A model generated the notes under the pieces. The model saw nothing but the letters and a program-made list of their open reading frames with translations, was not told the origin of the DNA and searched no databases. This document shows, in pieces, positions 7,921 to 15,346 of a DNA stretch of 64,000 nucleotides. The stretch spans positions 40,445 through 104,444 of the forward strand of contig JAGWON010000012.1 of assembly GCA_028871055.1 (NCBI GenBank), read 5' to 3'. A program made the position numbers and the translations under genes. Origin of the DNA: Alphaproteobacteria bacterium (GTDB lineage Bacteria > Pseudomonadota > Alphaproteobacteria > ATCC43930 > CGMCC-115725). The stretch's first letter is position 1. Every line of letters begins with the position of its first letter.

Positions 7921-8026
7921 TTATGAAGAACATAACAAGAACATGCGGGCGCAAGTTGCGATGCGGCGCTACCTTCGGGCGCCGGGTGACCAGCTATCCT
8001 CGTCGGCCGTCGAAAGGAGGATATCC

Positions 8027-8962
8027 ATGACCGCCGCCGCTTGGCCCGACCTGCCCTATCCCGCGTGGCGCGACACCGCCGCGACCTTGCAGCTCTGGAC
8101 GCAGATCGTCGGCAAGGTTCGGCTGGCGCTGACGCCGTGGGTCAACCATAGCTGGCAGGTGCCGTTTTACGTCACCGCGCGCGGGCTCGGCACATCGCCG
8201 ATCCCGATCGGCAGCGAAATCCTCGAGATCGAGTTCGATTTCATCGGCCATCGCCTCGCCGTCCGCACCAGCAGGGGCGAGGAACGGATGCTTGCGCTCG
8301 AGCCGCAGACGGTCACCGACTTTTATCGGCGGGTCATCGATCTTCTCAACGGCATCGGCATCGCAGTCGCCATCAACGAGACACCGAGCGAGCTACCGAA
8401 CCCGATCCGCTTTTCGCAGGACCGCACGCACGCCGCCTATGACGCCGACGCCGCCCACCGCTTCTGGCGCGCGCTCGTCCAGGCTGACCGCATCTTCAAG
8501 CTGTTCCGCAGCGGCTTCCTCGGCAAGGCGAGCCCGGTGCACTTCTTCTGGGGCAGCTTCGACCTCGCGGTCACGCGGTTCTCCGGACGGAAGGCGCCGC
8601 TCCATCCCGGCGGCGTGCCCGGACTTCCCGACGACGTGGCGCGCGAAGCCTATTCGCACGAAGTGAGCAGCGCCGGGTTCTGGCCGGGCAACGACGCCTT
8701 CCCGCAGGCGGCGTTCTATTCCTATGCCTATCCCGAGCCGGCGGGCTTCCGCAGCCGACCGGTCACCCTTGGCGCCGCCTTCGACGCGACGCTGGGCGAG
8801 TTCAACCTGCCTTACGATGCGGTGCGCGGCGCGGCGGAGCCCGACGGCTTGCTGCTCGATTTTCTCTCGACTACCTATACCGCCGCGGCCGATTCCGGCC
8901 ATTGGGACCGCGCGGCGCTCGAATGCGCCATGGGCGTTCCGGCGCGGGTGCGTCCGATCTAG
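8027..8962 (+). CDS. DUF5996-family protein
   Basis: AGGAGG then ATG 8027. MTAAAWPDLPYPAWRDTAATLQLWTQIVGKVRLALTPWVNHSWQVPFYVTARGL is the characteristic N-terminus of this family, as I recall it. Confidence 0.7.
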   Translation: MTAAAWPDLPYPAWRDTAATLQLWTQIVGKVRLALTPWVNHSWQVPFYVTARGLGTSPIPIGSEILEIEFDFIGHRLAVRTSRGEERMLALEPQTVTDFYRRVIDLLNGIGIAVAINETPSELPNPIRFSQDRTHAAYDADAAHRFWRALVQADRIFKLFRSGFLGKASPVHFFWGSFDLAVTRFSGRKAPLHPGGVPGLPDDVAREAYSHEVSSAGFWPGNDAFPQAAFYSYAYPEPAGFRSRPVTLGAAFDATLGEFNLPYDAVRGAAEPDGLLLDFLSTTYTAAADSGHWDRAALECAMGVPARVRPI

Positions 8963-9267
8963 CGCTTCGCCGCGGCATCGCCGCCGACGACTTCGCGCCA
9001 CGCCGCCTCGATCTCGCGCGCAAGCTTCAACTCCTCGTCCTCTGCCGTGAGCCGGCTGACCAGAATCTCGCGCGCCTCGCGGCCGGTCCTGGCGGGCGTG
9101 GCCGAATCGACGGCCGGCTTCGCGTCCGGCCGCAGGTTGTAGGTCCTGCGGCGGTCGCGCTCCATGTTCAGGCCGAGGTGCCGCGCCAGCGCGGCGAGCG
9201 CGCGCTGCTTGTCGTGCATGCGCAAACGATGTTCGTGCCGGCGCTTGCCGTGGCCGCCCGAGAGCAT
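8959..9267 (-). CDS. Hypothetical protein (possible phage terminase small-subunit-like fragment)
   Basis: MLSGGHGKRRHEHRLRMHDKQRALAALARHLGLNMERD... The KxxALxxLxxHLG pattern is reminiscent of small terminase subunits. This is weak. Confidence 0.3.
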   Translation of the reverse strand: MLSGGHGKRRHEHRLRMHDKQRALAALARHLGLNMERDRRRTYNLRPDAKPAVDSATPARTGREAREILVSRLTAEDEELKLAREIEAAWREVVGGDAAAKR

Positions 9268-9395
9268 GGCGACCGCCGCGGCGTCGTCCGCGTTGAGCTT
9301 GCTCGACCGCCGTAGCTTCACGCCCCACGGTCCCCAATCCCAGAACCGGCGCGGCGCTGCGCGCCGCGTCGGATGGCGCGCAACGAGCACGGCCG

Positions 9396-9860
9396 GTGAA
9401 AAAATTCGTGGATGGCCGGGACGGGCCCAGCCATGACGAGATGCTAAGCTGGCCGACGATGAGCTCCGGCACGCTCGCCATCCTCGCCCTTGCCGTGCTC
9501 GCGATCCATGTCGCCGTGATCGCGTTCAACGTCTTCGGCCTCGTCGTCGTGCCGCTCGGCGCGTGGCGCGGCTGGCGCTTCGTGCGAATCTTCTGGTGGC
9601 GCGCGCTGCATCTCGCGCTGCTTGCCGTCGTGGCGCTTCAGGCGCTGTTCGGCCGCACCTGTTTCCTCACCTTGTGGCAGGCGGCGCTCGAGCAGACCGC
9701 CGGCGCGCCCGCGTCGCGCGAGCCGCTCATCGCGCGCTGGATCGAGAGCGCGATCTTCTGGAACCTGCCGATCTGGGTCTTCGCCGCGCTCTATGTCGCG
9801 GTATGGCTCTACGCCCTGGCGCTGTGGCGGCTGGTGCCGCCGACGCGGCGGAAATCCTAG
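9396..9860 (+). CDS. DUF2784-family membrane protein
   Basis: LAILALAVLAIHVAVIAFNVFGLVVVPLGAWRGWRFVRIFWWRALHLALLAVVALQALFGRTCFLTLWQ. Start uncertain (GTG 9396, ATG 9441 or ATG 9459). Confidence 0.65.
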   Translation: MKKFVDGRDGPSHDEMLSWPTMSSGTLAILALAVLAIHVAVIAFNVFGLVVVPLGAWRGWRFVRIFWWRALHLALLAVVALQALFGRTCFLTLWQAALEQTAGAPASREPLIARWIESAIFWNLPIWVFAALYVAVWLYALALWRLVPPTRRKS

Positions 9861-9880
9861 CGCCGAAAGCTCGGCGCGTA

Positions 9881-9918
9881 CCCCCTTACCCTGCCCTCTC
9901 CCCTCGCGGGGGAGAGGG
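9881..9918. repeat. REP element, CCCTCACCCTGCCCTCTCCCC..GGGGGAGAGGG family
   Basis: CCCCCTTACCCTGCCCTCTCCCCTCGCGGGGGAGAGGG. Related copies at 13845, 14952, 24998 and 26117, and derivatives at 15835, 16760 and 16973. Confidence 0.75.
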
Positions 9919-9933
9919 AGATAAAAAGGGGCG

Positions 9934-9957
9934 AAGGGCGCGAGCCCTTTGCCTTTT
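9934..9957. terminator. Hairpin between convergent DUF2784 and bdhA genes (possible bidirectional terminator)
   Basis: AAGGGC-GCGA-GCCCTT, a 6-bp stem, followed by TGCCTTTTGC on the + strand. On the - strand the T-run (CGCCCCTTTTTA) starts 6 nt after the stem. Confidence 0.35.
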
Positions 9958-9964
9958 GCAGCCG

Positions 9965-10747
9965 TCACTGCATGAACCAACCGTGGCTCACCACCAGCGA
10001 CTGGCCGGTGAGGGCGTTCGATTCGAAGCCGGCGAAGAACACCGCCGCCGCGGCCACGTCCTCGACGGTGGTGAACTCGCCGTCGACCGTCTCCTTGAGC
10101 ATCACCGTCTTGATCACCTGCTCCTCGGTGATGCCGAGCTCTTTCGCCTGCTCGGGTATCTGCTTCTCGACCAGCGGCGTGCGCACGAAGCCGGGGCAGA
10201 TGACGTTGGCGCGCACGCCGTGCGCGGCGCCTTCCTTGGCCACCACCTTGGCGAGGCCGATCAGGCCGTGCTTCGCCGTGACGTAGGGCGCCTTCAGCAC
10301 CGACGCCTCCTTGGAATGCACCGAGCCCATGTAGATGACGCTGCCACCCCGGCCCTGCTTGTACATCTGGCGGAGCGCGGCGCGCGTCGTCAGGAACGCG
10401 CCGTCGAGATGGATGGCGAGCAGCTTCTTCCACTTGGCGAACTCGAACTGGTCGAGCGGCGCGACGATCTGGATGCCGGCGTTGCTGACCAGCACGTCGA
10501 TGCCGCCATAGGCCTTGATCACTGCCGCCATGCCGGCCTCGACCTGGTCCTCCTGCGTCACGTCCATGGCGACGCCCATCGCGCGGGTGCCGCTGTTGTC
10601 GAGCGCTTTGGCGGTGGCCTGCGCGCCCTTCAAATCGAGATCGGCGATGGCGACGCGCGCGCCCTCACGGATGTAGGTGGTGGCGATCTCCTTGCCGATG
10701 CCGCTCGCCGCGCCGGTGACGACGGCGATCTTGTCTTTCAAACGCAT
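9965..10747 (-). CDS. bdhA: 3-hydroxybutyrate dehydrogenase (SDR family)
   Basis: [22 protein letters not shown] Rossmann N-terminus, 260 aa, C-terminal [13 protein letters not shown]. Adjacent to acetoacetate decarboxylase. Confidence 0.85.
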   Translation of the reverse strand: MRLKDKIAVVTGAASGIGKEIATTYIREGARVAIADLDLKGAQATAKALDNSGTRAMGVAMDVTQEDQVEAGMAAVIKAYGGIDVLVSNAGIQIVAPLDQFEFAKWKKLLAIHLDGAFLTTRAALRQMYKQGRGGSVIYMGSVHSKEASVLKAPYVTAKHGLIGLAKVVAKEGAAHGVRANVICPGFVRTPLVEKQIPEQAKELGITEEQVIKTVMLKETVDGEFTTVEDVAAAAVFFAGFESNALTGQSLVVSHGWFMQ

Positions 10748-10802
10748 GGTGATTCTCCGTGGATGGATTTAAAGCGTGATCCGATCGAGCGGGCGCATCC
10801 CG

Positions 10803-11540
10803 TCAGCGTAGATAGTCATGCACGACCTTGCCGAGGCCGAGCGTGACGTCGGACAGAATGTGCACCGCCGAGACGATTTCGAGCACCGGCAGCTCCGCCA
10901 CCGGCGCCAGCGCGTGCGGCGTCAGCGACAGCGCCGCGGGCCCGGTCCACGCGCCCTTGAGGTCGATGTCCTCGAGATAATATTCAACCAGCTCGCAGAT
11001 GCGCGGCGTGCCGTCGACATGCGGGATGATCTTCAGGAGAAAGTTGGGCGCCGCGAGCGCCGTCTTGACCGCGGCGAGATCGGCCTGCTTGTGCTTGTAG
11101 CCCATCGTCGCCGTGGCGATGCGGACCGGGCCGTAATCGAGCGTGCCAACCAGCTCGTCGATCTCCGCCTTGAGGCTGGGATCGGCGAGCTTCTTGGGGA
11201 AGCCCCAGAGCTCGCGCCCGCCGGCGATCGGCGGATGGTCGTTCAGGAACATGCAGTGCGAATAGCCGCCCTTGCGGCCCTGGAACGACACCGGAACGAC
11301 CTGGCCGCTCTCGGTGTAATCGCCGAAGCCGGTCGAGTCCGGCATGCGGATAAACTCGAACTTGACCAGCGGCTCGTCGACTTCGAGCGGTTCGGGCACG
11401 AGGCGGCGCAGGCGTTCCGGATCGGTGCGATAGGTGATGATGAGGAACTCGCGGTCGACGAACCGGTACGGACCGGGCGGATAGGCCGGGCTGGTGAGCG
11501 GCATGGCGAACGCGCGCGTGCGGACTTCGTCGGCTTTCAT
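10803..11540 (-). CDS. adc: Acetoacetate decarboxylase
   Basis: [54 protein letters not shown]. Start at internal ATG 11540 of the listed 418-aa ORF. Confidence 0.88.
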   Translation of the reverse strand: MKADEVRTRAFAMPLTSPAYPPGPYRFVDREFLIITYRTDPERLRRLVPEPLEVDEPLVKFEFIRMPDSTGFGDYTESGQVVPVSFQGRKGGYSHCMFLNDHPPIAGGRELWGFPKKLADPSLKAEIDELVGTLDYGPVRIATATMGYKHKQADLAAVKTALAAPNFLLKIIPHVDGTPRICELVEYYLEDIDLKGAWTGPAALSLTPHALAPVAELPVLEIVSAVHILSDVTLGLGKVVHDYLR

Positions 11541-11569
11541 GGCAGGTCCCTGGTTGGAGGCGTGAGGTC

Positions 11570-12760
11570 TCAATCGGCCTGCGCCGCGTGGGCGTGCATC
11601 GCCGCGTCGAAGGTCCGCACGCCGTCGCTGTTGGCGGGCCGCGCCAGCGCCTCGGGATGCGCGAGCGTGTGCACGGTGTCGGCATGGCCGGCCGCCCAGT
11701 GGCCCTCCATGCTGAGGCGCGAGAACTCGTAGTCCTTGGCGAAGGTCTCGTAGTGGCGCGGCCGGTAGATCAGGTGGACGATGCTGTAGACCTTGTGGTC
11801 GGCGAAGCTGCGCAAGGCGCCGGCTTCGGGCAGATCGCACACCTCCTTCGGCAGCGTGTCGCAGACCTTGGCGATGGCGTGACGCAGGCGCTGCATCTCG
11901 GCGAAGCGGTCGACGTTGTCGCGCGTGCGGCTCGAATAGAGTATCTCCTTCCGCCGCGTCTCGACGTCGACGACGTTGCGTGGCAACGCGCCGCGCGCAT
12001 TCCACAGATCGACCTGGAAGGTGAGCGTGTCCCGCCGCGGCCCGAATTGCAGCACCCATTGCAGCGGCGTGTTGGAGACGGTGCCGCCGTCCCAGTAATG
12101 CTCACCGTCGATCTCGATCGCAGGAAAGCCCGGCGGCAGCGCGCCGCTCGCCATCACATGCGCCGGGCCGATCTTGTGCGTCGTGGTGTCGAAATAGACG
12201 AAGTTGCCGCTCTTGACGTTGACGGCGCCAACGCTGAGCCGCGTGCCGCCGGCGTTGATACGGTCGAAATCGACGAGCCGCTCGAGCGTGAGCCGGAGCG
12301 CGTTGGTATCGTAATAGCTGGTGGCGGCGACGCTGCCCGGCCGCGTGAGATACGGCAGCACCGTGCGCGGCGCGAAGAAGCCGGGCGCGCCGGCCACGGT
12401 CGCGGCCAGCGCGCTCGCCTGGCTGACCGCCCGGCGCCCAGCGACGCCGGTGGCGAGACGGCCGACGTAATCGCCCGCCGCACCCCACAGCGGATTGGTG
12501 CTGACCGTCTCCCAGAACTGCCGCAGCCGCGCGACGCGCTGCTCCGGCGGATTGCCGGCGATGATGGCGGCGTTGATCGCGCCGATCGAGATGCCGGCGA
12601 TCCAATCCGGACGAATGCCGGCTTCGTCGAGCGCCTGATAGACGCCGGCCTGATAAGCGCCGAGTGCGCCGCCGCCTTGCAGTGTCAGCACGATGCACTC
12701 GAATTGCGGATGCGGGCGCACACGCTTGCGCGGCGGCGGCGCCGTGACGGTGGTATCCAT
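11570..12760 (-). CDS. Patatin-like phospholipase family protein
   Basis: [20 protein letters not shown] and [15 protein letters not shown] (the GxSxG serine). Start at ATG 12760 ([10 protein letters not shown]). Confidence 0.85.
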   Translation of the reverse strand: MDTTVTAPPPRKRVRPHPQFECIVLTLQGGGALGAYQAGVYQALDEAGIRPDWIAGISIGAINAAIIAGNPPEQRVARLRQFWETVSTNPLWGAAGDYVGRLATGVAGRRAVSQASALAATVAGAPGFFAPRTVLPYLTRPGSVAATSYYDTNALRLTLERLVDFDRINAGGTRLSVGAVNVKSGNFVYFDTTTHKIGPAHVMASGALPPGFPAIEIDGEHYWDGGTVSNTPLQWVLQFGPRRDTLTFQVDLWNARGALPRNVVDVETRRKEILYSSRTRDNVDRFAEMQRLRHAIAKVCDTLPKEVCDLPEAGALRSFADHKVYSIVHLIYRPRHYETFAKDYEFSRLSMEGHWAAGHADTVHTLAHPEALARPANSDGVRTFDAAMHAHAAQAD

Positions 12761-12978
12761 GGCGTGACTCCGACCCCGGCCCGAACGGACCAAACATCAT
12801 CTTGGTTCGGAAATGCGGCTTTTTTGCTACCGGCAGGTTACGCATTTGTTAGTTTCGGGCCGTGCCCGGCGCTCAAAAAAATTTTTAATGCCGCCGGCAT
12901 CGTTTCTCCGGCCGGCGCAACTTATAATCACTGCCGCGCCGCCGCGGCGCTGCCGCGTCGGCCGGAACAGGCGGTGAC

Positions 12979-13281
12979 ATGACCAAGACGCTCTATCGCA
13001 AGGTGCTGGAACAGCGGCTGGACGACACCGCGCGAGAGACCGACAAGCTGGACCGCAAGCTCAGGGCCGCGAAGGGAATGGAGTCGCTCCGCTGCTTCGA
13101 GGCGATCGTCGGGCTGGAACAGGAGCGTCGCGACCTCGCGGCCCGGCTGCGCGAGCTCGAGAGCGGGCGCGACCGGCTGCGCGACGCCATCCGCTTCGAG
13201 ATCGAGCACATGACCGACGACGTCGCGCACGGCATGGCGCGCTGGATCGCGCGCCTCGATGCGCATTTCGTCGGCGACTGA
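12979..13281 (+). CDS. Hypothetical coiled-coil protein (100 aa)
   Basis: Charged heptad-like sequence MTKTLYRKVLEQRLDDTARETDKLDRKLRAAKG... No family recognised. Confidence 0.45.
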   Translation: MTKTLYRKVLEQRLDDTARETDKLDRKLRAAKGMESLRCFEAIVGLEQERRDLAARLRELESGRDRLRDAIRFEIEHMTDDVAHGMARWIARLDAHFVGD

Positions 13282-13440
13282 CGCCGCAGCCCCGGCGCGG
13301 CGCGCTAACCATCGCCCCGGTCAACCCCCTCGACGGCGCGCCCGGCTCGGCGCTAACCTGATTTTTCACGCAGCCGCATATCGGGCCGCCGACGAGAGAG
13401 CGCGAGCGCGCTCCGCCCACCGCACGGCGATTTAGGGCGC

Positions 13441-13593
13441 ATGCCACGACACAAGGAATTGCGCGAGCAGTCGCGCGCGTATTTGGAACGGGCGAAGCAG
13501 GAAGCCGATCCGACGCTGAGGCAGCTTCTGACGCAGCACGCAGCCGCCCTGGCGCAGCGCGCCGAAAAACTGGCGCAGCAGAAGACCGATTAG
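13441..13593 (+). CDS. Small hypothetical protein (50 aa)
   Basis: Own translation: MPRHKELREQSRAYLERAKQEADPTLRQLLTQHAAALAQRAEKLAQQKTD. Below the ORF-track length cut-off. Confidence 0.3.
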   Translation: MPRHKELREQSRAYLERAKQEADPTLRQLLTQHAAALAQRAEKLAQQKTD

Positions 13594-13790
13594 CGGTTGA
13601 GCAGCCAGAGGATCAGCGTGAGCACGAGGCTGACGACGACGCTGGTGCCGAGCGGAAAATAGAACGAGACGTGCGCGCCGCGATAGCTGAAGTCGCCCGG
13701 CAGGTGGCCGAGGCCGAGCTGCGCGAGCAGCGGCCACAGCAGGCCGAGAGCGACGAAGACGATGCCGGCAACGATCAGGAATTTCTGTAT
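13590..13790 (-). CDS. DUF2905-family small membrane protein, no canonical start codon in frame
   Basis: Own translation: IQKFLIVAGIVFVALGLLWPLLAQLGLGHLPGDFSYRGAHVSFYFPLGTSVVVSLVLTLILWLLNR*. The frame opens directly after a TGA, and the nearby ATG 13800 is in another frame. Confidence 0.55.
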   Translation of the reverse strand: MQKFLIVAGIVFVALGLLWPLLAQLGLGHLPGDFSYRGAHVSFYFPLGTSVVVSLVLTLILWLLNR

Positions 13791-13844
13791 CGGCGCTCAT
13801 TACATTATAGGCGCGTCGAGCGGGTCGCGCGTGCGCGGAACCGC

Positions 13845-13882
13845 CCCCTCACCCTGCCCTCTCCCCCTGACGGGGGCGAGGG
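13845..13882. repeat. REP element (same family as 9881)
   Basis: CCCCTCACCCTGCCCTCTCCCCCTGACGGGGGCGAGGG. Confidence 0.75.
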
Positions 13883-13924
13883 CGAGAAGAACCGCATGTC
13901 AGCGTGTCCGCGAATTCGCAACGC

Positions 13925-14242
13925 TTATTGCTTCACCAGAATGTTGTTCTGCACGCCGACGACGCCGGCAACGCCGCGGGCGATCTGGCCGGCCTGGTCC
14001 TTCTGCGCGCGGGTGTCGACGAAGCCGCTCAATTGCACCGTGCCCTGCATGGTCTCGACGTGGATGGCGAAGCCCTTGAGCGACTGCGCGTTGACGATGT
14101 TCGCCTTGACCTTGGTGGTGATGGTGGAGTCGTCGACGTATTGGCCGGCGGTCTCGCGCCCCTGGACGGCGGCGCAGGCGGCGAGCGAAGCGGCCAAGGC
14201 GAGCGCCAGGGCGACGGTGGTGAGGCGCGGCAGGCGGATCAT
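13925..14242 (-). CDS. BON-domain lipoprotein (OsmY-like)
   Basis: MIRLPRLTTVALALALAASLAACAA lipobox, then DDSTITTKVKANIVNAQSLKGFAIHVETMQGTVQLSGFV BON domain. Confidence 0.8.
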   Translation of the reverse strand: MIRLPRLTTVALALALAASLAACAAVQGRETAGQYVDDSTITTKVKANIVNAQSLKGFAIHVETMQGTVQLSGFVDTRAQKDQAGQIARGVAGVVGVQNNILVKQ

Positions 14243-14428
14243 GCGGACTCTCCCTTGCGGACGGCACAACGCGCGCGATTAGAGCCCAAGGCCGCGCCCG
14301 GCCGCAAGCGCGCCGGACGGTGAGTCGTGTCTCAGCTCGATGCTGCAATGAGATATTGCGCGCTTCGACTGGCGCCCTGCGGGCGCCGCTCAGCGTGAGG
14401 AGAAATTGTTGATGGCATTGAGAAAATC

Positions 14429-14462
14429 GCCTCACCCCGAGCTTGTCGAAGGGCGCACCGTG
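14429..14462. repeat. REP fragment with GAGCTTGTCGAAGG core
   Basis: GCCTCACCCCGAGCTTGTCGAAGGGCGCACCGTG shares its core with the palindrome at 815-835. Confidence 0.45.
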
Positions 14463-14539
14463 CTTATCCCGCAATCGAAACTGTGACACGACCGGACGGT
14501 GCGGGCCGGGCCGGCCGGTCATGTCATTTTCGCGACACG

Positions 14540-14565
14540 GGAACAGTCGCCGCGCGCCATCCGTT
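14540..14565 (+). promoter_or_regulatory. EcfG-type general-stress promoter (GGAAC-N17-CGTT)
   Basis: GGAAC at 14540-14544, 17 nt, then CGTT at 14562-14565. It lies about 40 nt upstream of GTG 14604. Confidence 0.45.
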
Positions 14566-14603
14566 GTCTCAGAGCGGTAGCGAATGGGCAACGGAGGTTC
14601 GCC

Positions 14604-14897
14604 GTGCGAAGCAGCTGGAATCGCGTCAAAACCGTGGCGGCGGCGGCCGGGATCGGGCTCGGCCTGGCGGCGCTCGGCGCCGCGCCGGCGGCGGCGCAGT
14701 ATTACTACGCCTGCCCGCCCGGTTATTACTTTTCACCGGGCTATGGCTGCATCGCCAATCCGGCCTATGGCTACTACTACGCACCGCCTCCGCCGCCGCC
14801 GGTGGTCTATCCGCCGCCGCTGTTCGGCTTCGGTCTGGGCTTCGGCTTCGGCGGCCACGAGCACGAGGAACACGAAGAGCACGAGTGGCACCACTGA
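14604..14897 (+). CDS. Small secreted Tyr/Pro/Gly-rich protein with His/Glu tail
   Basis: GGAGG then GTG 14604. Signal peptide VRSSWNRVKTVAAAAGIGLGLAALGAAPAAA, then QYYYACPPGYYFSPGYGCIANPAYGYYYAPPPPPPVVYPPPLFGFGLGFGFGGHEHEEHEEHEWHH. Confidence 0.6.
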   Translation: MRSSWNRVKTVAAAAGIGLGLAALGAAPAAAQYYYACPPGYYFSPGYGCIANPAYGYYYAPPPPPPVVYPPPLFGFGLGFGFGGHEHEEHEEHEWHH

Positions 14898-14951
14898 GCC
14901 GCGGCGCCGCAACGGCGGCCGTCCGCTTCCGTCACGCCCGAGGCTTATCCT

Positions 14952-14998
14952 CCCGTCACCCCCTCACCTTCCCTTCGCCCCTTTTTAGCGGGAGAGGG
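14952..14998. repeat. Divergent REP copy
   Basis: CCCGTCACCCCCTCACCTTCCCTTCGCCCCTTTTTAGCGGGAGAGGG. Confidence 0.5.
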
Positions 14999-15049
14999 TT
15001 GCGGCGTTTTGGCGCACAGGCGCCGATCGCATAGAGACTTGCCCGGCAA

Positions 15050-15258
15050 ATCACCCGCTGAGGCTCAGCTTGTCGCGGGCCTGACAAAAGAACGTTCGCC
15101 ATAGAGACACGGAGAGCATGGAGGAACAAAACTTTCTCTTCGTGTCCTCCGCGTCTCCATGAAGTTCGTTCAATTGGAACGTGGCATTTTTCTTCCCGTC
15201 ATACCGGCGAAAGCCGGTATCCACGACTGGAATAGGTCCCGGCTTTCGCCGGGACAAC
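15050..15258. repeat. Cluster of at least three different REP/hairpin elements
   Basis: CTCAGCTTGTCGCGGG (15064-). The inverted pair CATAGAGACACGGAGAGCATGGAGGA / TCCTCCGCGTCTCCATG. Hairpins ATACCGGC-GAAA-GCCGGTAT (15201-15220) and TCCCGGC-TTTC-GCCGGGA (15237-15254). Confidence 0.6.
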
Positions 15259-15346
15259 GCGAATATCGCGAACTTCAGATTCGGCACACGAGGCGCGGTC
15301 GGGCTCGCTGGTCGGATTGGGCGTGACGCGGACGGGGCCGCGCGCC

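Noticed and set aside
8393-9529. 378-aa minus-strand ORF
   Set aside because: Antisense to the DUF5996 gene. Arg/Ala-rich low-information sequence.
9444-10846. Long ORFs 9444..10433(-) and 9563..10846(+)
   Set aside because: Off-frame or antisense shadows of the DUF2784 and bdhA genes.
10803-12059. 418-aa version of the adc ORF
   Set aside because: The N-terminal 173 codons overlap the patatin gene. Adc homology starts at ATG 11540.
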